Source: Ramazzottius varieornatus | Lineage: Eukaryota > Animalia > Tardigrada | Length of the DNA: 64,000 bases | Reading direction: 5' to 3' | NCBI GenBank assembly: GCA_001949185.1 | Contig: BDGG01000005.1 | Coordinates: 1,539,249-1,603,248 of the forward strand | Part shown: piece after piece, positions 10,578 through 23,300 of the stretch | Numbering within the stretch: the first letter of the stretch is position 1 | Layout of the letters: the number at the start of each line of letters is the position of its first letter | The notes under the pieces: generated by a model | The model's database searches: none | The model's input: only the letters and a program-made list of their open reading frames with translations | What the model was told of the DNA's origin: nothing | Made by a program: the position numbers and the translations under genes

Positions 10578-13500
10578 ATGCCCAAGGGAGGCTCGTCCAT
10601 CGATGCATTCGCGTATTCCTATGAGGAGGAACCACGCAAGAAAGGTATCCACTTCGGACCTTTCCCACTATTCTTGCTGGTAGTGGTCATCCTCGCCTCT
10701 TTGGCCACGATCATCACACTTTCCGTGCTCTTTGCCAATCAGGCTGCGGAACTGGAAGGTCTCAAGAAGAATGCCACCGGTAAGCCGCGCCGCAAAGGGC
10801 TAGCTCAGTTCACAACTGGGAGATCGGCAAATGAATGCAGACGGGTTGCTTTCCTAAGTGGCGCACTCTCTCCGCCCATAACAACGAGACTATGCGCCAT
10901 CCAGGGAAACGATCTGGATAAGATCATTTGCCGACGCTCCAATAAGCTCAGTGCGCAAACCGTTTGTCCATAGCTGGCACTACCCCTGCCACCTCCGGAC
11001 CTTCTGTTGATACTACAGCCTCACCGGGAAGTACCGTCAGTGGCCAGACACCTGCACCGGACGCCACCACTGCGCGACCGCCTTCAACCGTGCTACCACC
11101 TGGCAGCACAACGAACAGTTCTTCGGCTGTGGACTGGCCGAACTACCGTCTGCCCGGGAACATCGACACCGTCAGCTACGATGTCTGGCTGAAAATCAAC
11201 CTACCATTTGACGAGAACAGTGCTATTGGTGACGGCTCGAAGGACTTCACTACCGAAGGCATAGTGACGATAGAGTTTATCGTTAAAGAGCCACTCCGGG
11301 TAGTGATCCTCCACTCGTGGAACCTGACGATAGCGGAAGACGACGTAGTGATATTAAACGTTGCTGACAAGAACCTCGTCCAGACTTTCCAGTTTGACGA
11401 GCAGCGACACTTGTTGAAGATCCTCCTGACTGAAGACCTCCACCCAGCAGATAAACCTCATCAGCTAACGATCACATTCAATGGAAAAATCATGGATGAC
11501 AATCAGGGACTCTATCGGAGCTCGTACACGGTCAACGGGACGAAAAGGTCAGTAAGAGTTCAAAGTAAAGAAACCACCTCCGCAAGCTTTAGAAGGCATC
11601 AAGTATGCCATCTTGGAAGAAAGCACAGAAATAATAAAGTGCCGTCAAACGGGAGGCCGGCAAGCGAACAGTGCAAGACGGATTTTCAAGCAGCGCACGC
11701 GTCTGGTCAGTTACAACGAAAACGTGCGCCACTTGAGAGAACGAGATCTTGGACGTTTCGTTTTCCGGCGTCCAAACCATGGTGAAACTTTCCACGCATG
11801 TTGACTGTTGAGCAATTTAGTTTCCACCCTGGTTTGACAGGTATCTTGCCACTTCTCAGTTTGAAGCTTACAAACTTCGACGGGTGTTTCCCTGCTTTGA
11901 CGAACCTCTCTACCGAGCCACTTTCAACATGGCGCTAGAGTACGATAATAGGTTCAACGGTACCTATTTCATCACCAAAGAGAAATCTAGGACGGATTCA
12001 GCCGAAACAGATGCCTCGGGGATCAGGTGGAGGACAACGGTGTTCGAACCGACAGTAAGGATGGCCCCTTACGCTCTGGCCTTCCTCATCAGTGACTTTG
12101 CTCGTGAGAGCATAGACAGCGAACAGCTCGAGGTACAGCAACCTTTAGTTATATTCTACAGCGAATTCATGTTGCGTACTGTGTAGTTCGGCGGCATATC
12201 GCGCCCGGATGCCATCGGCGACACGGAGTTCGCTACAAAAGTGGGTCGCAACATGACACTCTTCCTCGGGTCTCCAGAGTTCCTGAATGAACCATACACG
12301 AACCACAACAAAAAGATGGGTAAGCCGATAACCAAAATCTTCACCTTTGATATTGTTCTACGTACGGCACGTTGCGTTGTGCCTCATAGATCAACTGGCC
12401 GCCCCAGATTTCGATTCCGGCGCAATGGAAAACTGGGGTCTGATCATTTACCGAGAGAGACTTATGTTGTACCGACCTGGTTCATCGTCGGCCGAGGATA
12501 AGAAGGAAGTGGGTCGCGTGGTGGCGCATGAGCTGGCACATCAGGTAATCGTACATGTAAAAGGACCCTGCGTTACCGACACCCATTTTTCTGGTCCGCG
12601 GACTGTATTTAATAGGTATGATTTTGTACGAAAGGCATAATTTCTAAAGACAATTGACATTGTAGTGGTTCGGAAATATACTAACGTGCCAATGGTGGTC
12701 TGAAATTTTCCTCAACGAAGGTTTCGCTGCGTTCATGGAGTTCCCGGTCACTATGCACGCCAGACCAGACTGGGATTTGGTAAGCTATGGTGTCCGCGCT
12801 CGAGTGTCGTTTTCAAGTTTCAAGACTTTATGGCCGAAGTACTTTCTTTAGGACAAACTGTTCACGATTTCGGAGACCAGAGTTGCTTACGATGCTGACT
12901 CTTACCCCACTTCGCACCCGCTGTGGAACCCGAACGTGACCTCGCGGGTTCAAATCGACAATATGTTTAGTCGCATTACTTACCAAAAGGTGCGTTATTG
13001 TTCTAAGTCAATCTCGTCATCGTTGTATGTCAAGGTGTTTACTGAAGAGTTCTTTGGTAGGGCGCATCCGTGTACAGGATGATCGAAGCTGTGATGGGTA
13101 CCGATAACTTTTATGCCGCCTTACGAGCCTACTTCCAGACGAACAAGGGAAAAGGCAGCGTCACTCCACCCGACCTCTTCGAAGCATTCACCAACCAGAT
13201 GAACGGCCGTATCAACATTACCCAACGTTTCGACAAGTGGTTCACGACCAATGGTTTCCCGCTGGTCAGCATGGCTCAAGGTTCGAACAAGAACAAGTAT
13301 ACTGTCAGCCAGCGGCGCTTTATGCTTGGTAATGTCAATGCATCATCTGGCCAGATGGACCGCACCTGGCAAGTACCCTTCCACTACCAAACGAAAGATC
13401 GGTCAGGGAACCTGGTGTCGAACCTGGGACAAGAAGGGTACGCATCCGAGGGTAGTTGGTTGGCTGGACCAACCAGAAGTATCGATGTGGGCGAGCACGA

Positions 13501-15267
13501 ATGGATCTTGGCCAATGTCGGACACAAAGGCTTCTACCGAGTCAACTATACCGCCGAAAATTGGATGGCTTTGATCAACCAACTGAAAACCAACCACGAG
13601 GTCTCCGTACCGGTTGTAGAGTTATACTGCATTAGGCATTGCTTTGCTGGGAATGACAGTGAGGGTTTTATGTCTTCCAGGTCATCGATATGCTCAGTAG
13701 AAATCAGCTCGTAGACGATTCCTTCACTTTGGCACGGTAAGGGCAGATCAAAGCTTTTTGGGATGTCGGTAAACCAACTCATTCAGATCGTTTTCCTCAG
13801 TGGCGCACGCCCTTGTTCAATAGCAACGCAAATGTGCGCCACTTGAGATGACAGGATGAGCGGAATTATTTACCGACTTCCCATTTCTAGCTCTCGTTCT
13901 TCATGCACAGAATTACATTGGTGCCGACTTTGACATATCATGGATCATTGTCGACCGGGAGTTTTTGACTTGTAGGATTGGGCAGATGGACTACAGTGTG
14001 CCAATCAGTATGACACAATATCTGGGCAGCGAGTACGAGTATCCACCATGGTCGACCGCCTTGGAGCACTTCAATTACATCAACAGAATGTTGGGCGGAA
14101 ACGAAGAGTCCCTGAAGAACTTTGTGCTCAACCTGCTGAACCCACGTTACAATGAAAATCTGTGGAATACCGACGCTGTATGGATCGATGAAGTTCGGGA
14201 ACTCTACGTGAACCTGTAAGGCTTTCCACCTGGCGCATAAGGAGTTTCATGTCTGAATGACTGTGTATCATAGGACGATGAACATCGCTTTTGTCGAGAA
14301 CTCTTGCTTTTACGGAAGTCTCCTTTGTCTCACGACCGCCAGCAGCAAGTTTGCTGAGTTCAAAAAAGACTCCGATGACCCAGAATATAAGATTAATCCT
14401 CATCTCAAGGACCAGATTTACTGCTACGGCATGCGAGCAGGTAACGCCGCCGACTTCGACTTCCTTCAAGCGCAGTACGAAGCCGAATCAGTCCACAACG
14501 CAAAGCTGTCCATTCTGAAGGGCATGGCCTGCTCGAATGACAGCGAACTGATCGGCCGGTAAGTACTCAAATGGGAGCTCGGCAAACACGCTCGACCGAC
14601 AGCATTCTCCGAAGTGGCGCACGGTTTTAACAATGTTGCTGGAAGCGTGCGCCACTTGGGGTAATGGCTTGGCCGAGTTTGCTTCCCGACCTCTCACGTA
14701 CTCTTTCGTTTGAAGTTACGTGTATGATCGGTCTGAACTCTCAATATGTGTCAACCGCCGCAGGTACTTGGACATGTCACTGCAAGAAGACGTAGTGCGA
14801 CCCCAAGATCTCAACTACATTTTCCGATATGTCTCCAAGTTCCCCGCCAACAACCTGCAAGGATGGAACTTCTTCAAAGTGCACTGGGACGATATTCCGG
14901 AAGGGTACGCTAGTCGCTCGGGGATAATCATTACAGTGTTAAACACCCTGATATCTTTATGCGACTCCAGGTTCAGGGACAACATCATCGTGGATGTGGC
15001 AGGAAAGTTCAACACGCAAGAGCAGTATAACGATGTAAGTCCCAGTGCACTTTGAAATAGGGGTTTTTTTTCTGTGAAATAGGGCGTCTGATGTAAATTA
15101 TCCATGTTCGTTCATAGGTTCAATCGCTGTTCAACGAGAAGGGCGGAGATAGTTCCGATTTCTCGGAGAAAGACGCGTTCAAGCAAGCGTTGAACAGAAT
15201 CGCGTCCAACATCGAATGGGTCACCAAGTATAGCGATTCTATCCTGACAGCTATCGCAGGTAACTAA
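10578..15267 (+). CDS. Type II membrane M1-family aminopeptidase (aminopeptidase N-like), ~14 exons
   Basis: Short cytoplasmic tail plus TM helix ([21 protein letters not shown]), Ser/Thr stalk, [33 protein letters not shown]...LNEGFA, and an ERAP1-like C-terminal region (GFYRVNY). The final stop at 15265-15267 is tentative. Confidence 0.93.
10817..10941. repeat. GGCGCAC palindrome family copy (aminopeptidase intron 10780-10973)
   Basis: tgggagatcggcaaatga...cctaagtggcgcac-N25-atgcgccatccaggg...tcatttgccgacgctcca. Confidence 0.85.
11650..11775. repeat. GGCGCAC palindrome family copy (aminopeptidase intron 11548-11840)
   Basis: gggaggccggcaagcg...tcaagcagcgcac-N25-gtgcgccacttga...ttccggcgtccaa. 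Confidence 0.85.
13759..13883. repeat. GGCGCAC palindrome family copy (aminopeptidase intron 13737-13975)
   Basis: tgggatgtcggtaaa...cagtggcgcac-N25-gtgcgccacttg...tttaccgacttccca. Confidence 0.9.
14572..14696. repeat. GGCGCAC palindrome family copy (aminopeptidase intron 14559-14763)
   Basis: tgggagctcggcaaac...gaagtggcgcac-N24-gtgcgccacttgg...ttcccgacctctca. Confidence 0.9.
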
Positions 15268-15754
15268 AGTCTAGTCCACAAGAGTGTACCGGTACGAGCT
15301 GGCGGTGTCATGGGCTTTCATGTGCGCTAGGTCTGGACTGGAATTCCGCGACAGGATCCACCTCTTCGCAGTCGACCGCCACTTCCTCGTCGATAGACGA
15401 AAGAGACAAGTCTAACCCAGCTGACTCAGCGTTCGAACACAGCGGAAAACGTCTCATTAGATTAGAGAATTTACTGAAGGATCACCTTTCCGTAAAATCA
15501 ATGTGAAATGCTAATCGTTCTGTACAGTCAACAGTCAGGTTATTGAAAACCCTGCCAAAATGTTGTCGAATAAGGCAGGTGAACAAGAATGATGCTGGTC
15601 TGCCAGTAAGCGAACACAAGGTGTAAAAGTTCAAAGTTGATCCTACCGAAGATACAACGCGGTAATTGGTACGGAAAACCTCCAGCTTCGGGAGATCAAT
15701 ACGGAAGTACGAAAAGATTGGGGAAAGCTGGTGAAATCAGACTGCCGAGCCTCC

Positions 15755-17063
15755 TCATCGAAAGTTCTCCAAGTCAACCTCAGTGTTCAACGTCCCATCC
15801 GTGTGCGTCTTGTAAAACTTAATCAGGAGCAGAGGCATCACAAACTTTACCACACGTTGCAGGAAGATAGCAGCCTCTTCTGCACCATCTTCTTTGAATG
15901 TTACCATAACTAGCGCATCGTCAGGATCGAAGTCTTCAGGTTTCTTGGTCGGAAGCATCCGTCCCTTGACGCTGACTGCGAACTCTGCTCGGCTCCGTAA
16001 ACGCTCGATCTCTTCTTCCTGAGATGAAATAAAGATATATATACAACAGAACTCTACGCTCGACAATGACCGGGACCTACGAAAGCGAGGAGCTCTTTCG
16101 GTATGATGCGTGTCATAGGGTTATCCGGCGTTTGTGTTTCCTTGCTGTCCGTCTCGACGACCTGCCGCGGTTCGACCGGCGCTGAAGGACTTTCACGTTC
16201 GTTGTCTCTGGAATTCCTCTTTCTCGGAAGTGAGGTTAGAAGCGGGCTGTCGAGACCTTTATTCGAAGTGGTAGAAGCTTTCTTCTTGTTATCGGAAGGC
16301 GGTGCAGATGAGTTCGGACGAGAGTCTCTGGAAGCTTTGGAGGCCTTCTCGACGTGCGAATCTGACTTTGATGAAAGGGTACGGCCCATTGCGGGAAGGC
16401 CATTCAGGACCATGCTTATGAGCGACTGCGATGAAGATTGCTCCGTGCCCTTGAACCGCTTCCCCGCGTTGTCTCCTGTCAGAAAGAGTGAGTCAGCAAG
16501 CAAACCTCAACCACCTGCCTACACTCACCCGTGCATTTAGCACGGACACGTAGTACGCAAGTTCATACGACGAACACGGATCAATTCACGCATGACGTCA
16601 AAATGTCCAACAGTTTCCGGTTAAATCTTTTTAGAATAACTATGAAATGCTCATTGTTCATGTAAGCTGCAATAGCTAGGATACTTTCCGACTTATTTTC
16701 CTGACTTTGTTCTCGAACTTTCGTGGAGGTGCCAGGTAAGGAAGAACAGCGTTCTATGCCCAGACGTTTGCCCTGAGTGATGGTAGAATCACTCTCAGCT
16801 AGAGTCTTCTTCCCTCGTTGTCGTCGTTCCCGTTGCAGCTCCTTGAACTTGTCAGAGCTTTTCCATGCTTTGATAATCAGGGTGCAGTTCTGTAGGTTGG
16901 TCATCGGCTCCCAGGTATTCTCCTCTGACGTGAAGCCTTCCCACTTGACGCAGTACTCCTTATGGGTGCCGATATTGCGCTCATCAACGATAGCCTCCAC
17001 GGTGAAGTCCCCATCGTCCACCTCCGAAGTCGGCTTCCGTCGCGTCTCCTGCACTTTCGACAT
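15755..17063 (-). CDS. HP1-like protein: N-terminal chromodomain, long hinge, divergent chromoshadow-like C-terminus
   Basis: FTVEAIVDER...EYCVKWEGFTSEENTWEP.NLQNC is a canonical chromodomain. The last exons give IIPKELLAF...ALVMVTFKEDG...VVKFVMPLLLIKFYKTH, resembling the chromoshadow pattern (P..II.FY). Confidence 0.75.
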
Positions 17064-18772
17064 GGCTCGTTCGTTCTGGGCCAGCAGCCTGGAAAGGAGA
17101 ACACGGATCAGGAAGCAACTAGATCACAAGGAAAGTTGCGCGAATTGGTTTATTCAGTTAGCAACAACTAATCATCGACGTCAGATATGGTACGAGTTCT
17201 GTCGTGTCGTCTACGGCCCGTCAGAAGAAATGGTCGGCCGTAGTGTGCCAACTATTCACTCCGAACACCGGACAACCTCGATTCCGGGTTGCTGAAAGTA
17301 ACGTAACCGTGATTGAACGTATTTCTTGTTCCAGTCAGCGAAAAGCACGAGAGCCAATGGAGGAAACAATGGAAGCACAGAGCACCCGAGCACAGAGCGG
17401 AGTAGGAGCTCAGTTGACACGACTGTCTCTTTCTCGGGCTTCTGTCCAGTGATGGGTTCAAGTTGGATAACATGGATGCACCCCGCTGTATACACTGTTA
17501 ATATCATGATATTGCATGCGATGGGGTTGAATATGGATTCGGTATTCTCAGAGAACAAACTGAAGACCCTGTTCAGCTCGAAGAATCCAGGCAGCGGCTT
17601 ATTTCCTTGTAGCCTGACGGGCCTGGTCACTGAATTTTCCAGCCAGTGAACGGCCACGGCGCCAACCGTCTTCGGTTAGTATGAGCGATCCCGCAGAAGA
17701 CATGTTTCTCTAATTCTGGTTAATATTAATAATTTTTTGTCTTGGCTTTCCTCCTCCGTCAGGTTAAATCGGAACTAGATCAAGAACTGAAGGTGCATTG
17801 ATCCGATGATTTGTTTTATTTTGTAAAATACTGTACATGCACAAAGCGCTTCGAGTATGGAATCTCGAATGAGTACTAAGATCAACATCTGTCCACTTTC
17901 CGAAGTTCCGCGAGATACGGCACCTTGGTATGGAAAGGAAGAATATTCGAGAGGGCCGATAGAACGGACGACGAGTTACTGGAGCGCAGAGGGGGCATAG
18001 AGCCAAGCAGGAGACTGGTCATCTTGCATTCGACCACAGAAGGTCTCTGCCCAGCTTCAGTGGCGCACGGAAAGCTATCCCTGTTTCTGATCCAGAGTAC
18101 TCCAAATAAACAGAGGACAAAGACAACCGCTTTTGGAAAATCCCAGCGCTTTGAGCTGGAGAGTTCGGGAAATGGATAAAACAACATTTTACAGGACTGC
18201 AAGGGCAGCACACGGATGATCAGGATGATTCACAGCGCAGAACGAATTGGAGCACGTCAAAATTTTTGGCAAACTAATCTTGCCAAACGGAATGACGAAG
18301 GAGTTTGGACGTGCGTCGTGGTCCCATGTATACTGATGATAAACACGAAAGAATGTGCTCAGTGAAACACGAATTTGTCTAAGGTATTGCCAGCTAGTTC
18401 GATCGAAAACGCAAACAAGAACGCGAAGTGTGGAAAACTTCCGTTGTAGATTACCGCATTTGTCACTGCATTTTGTCGACCGGATGGAATAAAGACCCTG
18501 GTATAGTTGGAAGCAAACGTTAGTGCTGCAAACCATGGACAATGAGCAACGAAATACTGCTTTCTCTTTCAGCGGCATTTACCCTATCGTGCCGAGTTAT
18601 CACCAAAGAACCGCGTAAAACTAACAAGCGAGCAAAGAACGCATCGCTTCGGGGTGTTTTCGTTCATATTCGCCGTTATCGAGTTCATATTGTCTTGCCT
18701 TGCCATAATTATAGACTGGTATACTACTGTCAGAATGTAAGAGTTGAATAATCGATATCAGCTGGCTCACGC

Positions 18773-19121
18773 TTATCCAGCCCATATCGTCAAATTTAGT
18801 CCGGCAGAAACTTCCCCAAAAATACCTGCAAAACACGAATTCGGAAAACGGATCACGTACTGATCATCCGTTGTATCAAGATATCGAAGACCCGTAAATT
18901 TCTAAAGAGACCAAATGTAAATTAGTACCTAAAATTGGTTGTAGCACTGCCTGGGCGGGAGCTGCAGGAGGCGCTGCGGGTGCCGGGAGTGAGGATCCCG
19001 ATGCGGGTCCCTGTGGACCTGGTGTCGGCGGAGCGCTGGATTGATTATTCTGAGAGGTAACACACTTCAGGATCGCCAATAAAAACAGTGCCGCAAACCA
19101 CCAAAGCACAAAAGTCCTCAT
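18773..19121 (-). CDS. Putative small secreted Pro/Ala-rich peptide, or first exons of a decayed gene
   Basis: MRTFVLWWFAALFLLAILKCVTS looks like a signal peptide, followed by QNNQSSAPPTPGPQGPASGSSLPAPAAPPAAPAQA. A GT donor near 18928 spliced to the ttgcag acceptor near 18827 would end ...GIFGEVSAGLNLTIWAG*. Confidence 0.35.
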
Positions 19122-20378
19122 GATTAGAGTCAAATTGAAGGACGGATGGGAACAACAAATCAATGACCAACATGTAATTTGTGACGGGATACAAATTTGT
19201 CCAAAATTTGACAACCATTATACGAAACTACCGATCTAACTCAGTAAACAAAAATTCGTCCTAGCAATGAATTTTCGGTTGAAGACCCAGTAGAGTGTTC
19301 GGCTCAAGTTTTCTGTTTTAAACAATGAAGTTGTCAGGAGTATTTGAGATGGCCCTCGTATTTTCATTTTACACGTCGTATCTAAAGTGTCGCTCTTGAG
19401 GAACTGCAGTCGAAGAATTTTGACTTCCGGTACTCTCTCCTTTTTTGGAAAGTAAAGTACAAAGATTCGCCTTATGTTCCTGCAAACTCGGGCTGTCTTC
19501 ATAAGTACGTCAGGCACTTTCCGTACATCCTCAAACGATCACAGTAGAAATCTTTACGATGATCTAATCTTAGACGCCAACTGCGAACGTCAACGATCTG
19601 TCGTGATCGTGGTGCGTAATGACAGCGAACCCTGGACCAAAGTCAGACGATGCATGTCTCCTCGCTTTACTTATCCAGACGGCCTTGAAAATATGTTCTT
19701 GCAGCGTGTGGGTGGAAGCGAACAAGATGGGAAACTTCCGCGCAATGAAATAGAGGGAAAGATCGACCTGTTTCCTGTTGCTGCATTTAATTAAGCTCGT
19801 AAAATCGGAAGACTCTCCTTGTGTTCCTGGCACTAACCCCTCTTATACCAAGCACTAAATCCAGCCGAAATTGCTTACGATACATCTGTTTGAGGGTCCT
19901 TTGGAGGCTAATTTGCATTTCAAGTTGGCCGCGTGACTCTGAGTGCCGGGATAGGCTGGAGCGACTTTTCCTCCAAGAGGGGGAAGTGCATTTGGTTATA
20001 CTGCCGAATAGGCAATTTACTTATTCATCCTTGAAGAGTTACTTGTGAAGTCCACAAATTGTAAACATTGACGCATTCTTCGTCTCGATGAACTTCCAGA
20101 GCACTTGAGGCGAATTCTTCTCCTTCGGCGTAGCCAAGCAACAAAAAAAGTCAAATTAGGTTTTCTGCGTTCTACTTCAACTGTTCAAGGCATGTGATGG
20201 CTGATTACTTGGCGGCACGGTTCGTTACACCACGACCAACAAGGTTAAGTTTCGGCTAAAGTTAACCAGGAACAAGGTCGTCCTTCATCCAGGGAACTAA
20301 AAAACCAACTATGCACAGAGGAAAGAGAGGCAGCTTGAAACTGAGACATCAACAAACCGACAAAGATCGCAAAGACAA

Positions 20379-23300
20379 CTAGCTGTTATTACTAAAGGCT
20401 TTCCTTAGAGGCATCTTGGAATAGTCTGACTCCGTGTCGTCCGACTCATCTCTGCGAATAGAAATGAAACGATGAGCTCGTGTTCGTCAACAAAAAATGA
20501 CAGTCATTAATTTCCAACTTATTTGCTAATATTGTTTCCAGTTTCGAAAGACTATTATTACTGTCGCGCCACTCGATCAGGTTCGTGCGCTAGTTGACCG
20601 GGGGGATCAAGAGGATCAACTCAATATTGATTCTTGAAAAATGATATCTGACCGCGGTAACGTCGCTGCAGACTTACTTGAGTTTTGTGTCACAGGTAAT
20701 GCAGCAAATAACGATAGAGCTTTCGCTTTTGACCGACATGGTTTCCACGTCGAGATCATAATAGAAGTCATCGTCACTGTTTAGGGGATCCTCGTTGTCC
20801 GCGTACATCCATATACTGTCCACTTGTTCAGCAGACAGGTTGTCAAAGTCAAACAGGGACTTGTGGTGAGGATGGTCCGTCCCGATAGGTACACTGTCGG
20901 AGGGTGTGCAGGCTGACTTGGGTCGCTCCTTCACGGCGAAACCGGTGGACGTTTTGCGTGGAACTTCCATTGACCCCTGACGCTGTGGACCGGGCGTCGG
21001 CGTCATACTCCTTTTCCTTGGAACTACCGGAGATCGCAAAGGGGGATCGGACGGCGTGTATCCGAAGGAGGGAGAGTACTTCAAGGAAGGTCGCGGGGAA
21101 CGCATCGTATTGGGCCGTACGCCTACCGACAACTTCCGGATGGCGCGTACAGTCTGAGAATTTCCTTTGGACAAAGGAACCGGGCCAGCCGAAAACCCTG
21201 GGAAAAAAACGAAGAAGATTCAAAACTAATATTCTTTCTAAAAAAAGTCTTACGAAAAGATTCAGAGATTCTAGAAAGTCACACTAATTGCGGGACACGA
21301 GGATCAGAGCCCGATTAGAGCCCGATTTTTTTCCCAAGTGGCGCACACGTTCAGCCAGTGGCAATGTGAAGTGCGCCATCTGGGATAGCGATGTGGTCCA
21401 ACCCATTTGCCGACTGCCCACACAGTCCAACTCTAAGAAAAAAGTTTTCATATTAAGGAAGGAAATGAGAAGAGAGGGGGCTTTTACACCGATAGTTTTC
21501 CAGGTAATTGGAAGGGAAGGCCCCCAGTCACCAAGTCTCATCATTCCCATGTCACTATAAGTGTATTACAAAAACAAATATCTGGCTCGACACGACCATC
21601 GTTGCGCCTTCATGGCCCACTGTAACGACGGGAATGCAAATAACTCGCATCCATGTGCCTAAATGTCCCAAGGGACTTCCTGCCTGGAGGCAAGATACGC
21701 CTGGTTAGAGCGCGCCGCTCAAGACAGACTATAAGTGTAGCGGAAATGCAGCAGACATCATCCCTCATGTTTCGAAAAAGGAGAAAATTCCTCTCGCAGA
21801 ACCCCGCCTCGCTTATGTGCTTGAAAAGTCACATTACCGACCAAGACTGAAAGATCTCCAGGTGAGCTATTTGACATTGACGTGTATGGGAACCATCCGG
21901 GAAGAAAATTACACAGAATGACGACGGTTTTCCGTATGGCTACCGGCTTACCTCGGTTGGTGGCAGGTGTAAGGGAGGCCGCTCGTTGGACGCGCTTGCA
22001 ATGATTACACCAGGTATAGAACTTTTTCAAGTTCCGGTCGTAGGTTGTTGTCGCAGAAGGATGTGACGGCTCGGCGTCTAACGATGTCACTATTCTTTCC
22101 GACCGTCTCCGATGATCATTACGGGATACCAACTGGGATGGGTTGGTGGTGTAGGAACGAGGGCGTGTTACCACGAAAGGTGCTTTGACGACCGGCGAGC
22201 AGAAGCGCTTCGTATTGCTTTGATGAGACTACGATGAAAAATTCAACTAAAAAAAGGCGATTGGAAAATCACTAAGAAAAAGTAGAAAAAAATGCTTAAG
22301 AATATTTGGAACCTAAGCGGGTACACACAAGATTGTTTTTCCAAGTGGCGCACGCTTTCAGCCAGAAACATTGAAAACGTGCGCCACTTGGGAAAGCAAT
22401 GTTATAGAATTTGTTGTCCGATCTTTCGATTTTTTAGAAAAAAAATGTACAAACGAAAAGTTTTAAAAATTCTGGAACAATATCCAAATGCATCTTAACT
22501 TACTGTGGGAGATGAGATTCGAGAAGCAGAAAGTGGACGTGCCATGACAGGAGAGGGTGAAGGCGAACGCGGCGTAACACTCATAATCCGTGGACTATGA
22601 CCCGAAGACTTGGTGCTGTGTCTGCGAGCTACAACAGTTGGTCCAGGTAAAGGCAGCGTAAGCTTGTTGAATGAGCCAGTTGAGCTCGATTTGTTAATGG
22701 AAGAAGGAAGCAGCGTGGAACCCTCAACCGGTTCGCGATCAACCGACGCAGCTCGGGAGAAACTGACCGTACTCCTCTCCACCGGTTTCAGGTCCAAAGA
22801 AGGAGATTTCGATAAATGCGGAGACATGGAAATCACGGCCATCTTGGTGGCCGTCAATGGCCGCGGAGAAGACGGTGAAGAGCCACGTGAAAATGAGGAG
22901 GAACGCGAGCGGGAAAGGGAAGAAGTGGTGTGTTGGTACAGTGTGCTGCTGTTGTGGACAAAGTCTGCCGAAGACGGAGTGAACAAGGAACGAACGTCTA
23001 GTATAGGGACTGAAGGACCCACAAATGATAAGGCCTGTGCACCATGCTGTTGCTGTTTGACACTGTGGCGACTGACGCTGCGGGTACGAGTCAGCGTACC
23101 CTTCTTGGCCGAAGCGCCACTGCCATAGTTATCGCTGGTGATAGTTATGCGTGGTAAATCGATATCTAACATCTTGGTCAGATTATGGTGGAGAGCGCGA
23201 GCGGGTGTCCGCATCCTTTCACTGTAGCGGAAGAAAAACAAAAGACCGCTTGTTATTATCAATATTTGACAGCGTGGTTTTGGGACAAGTTAAATAGATG

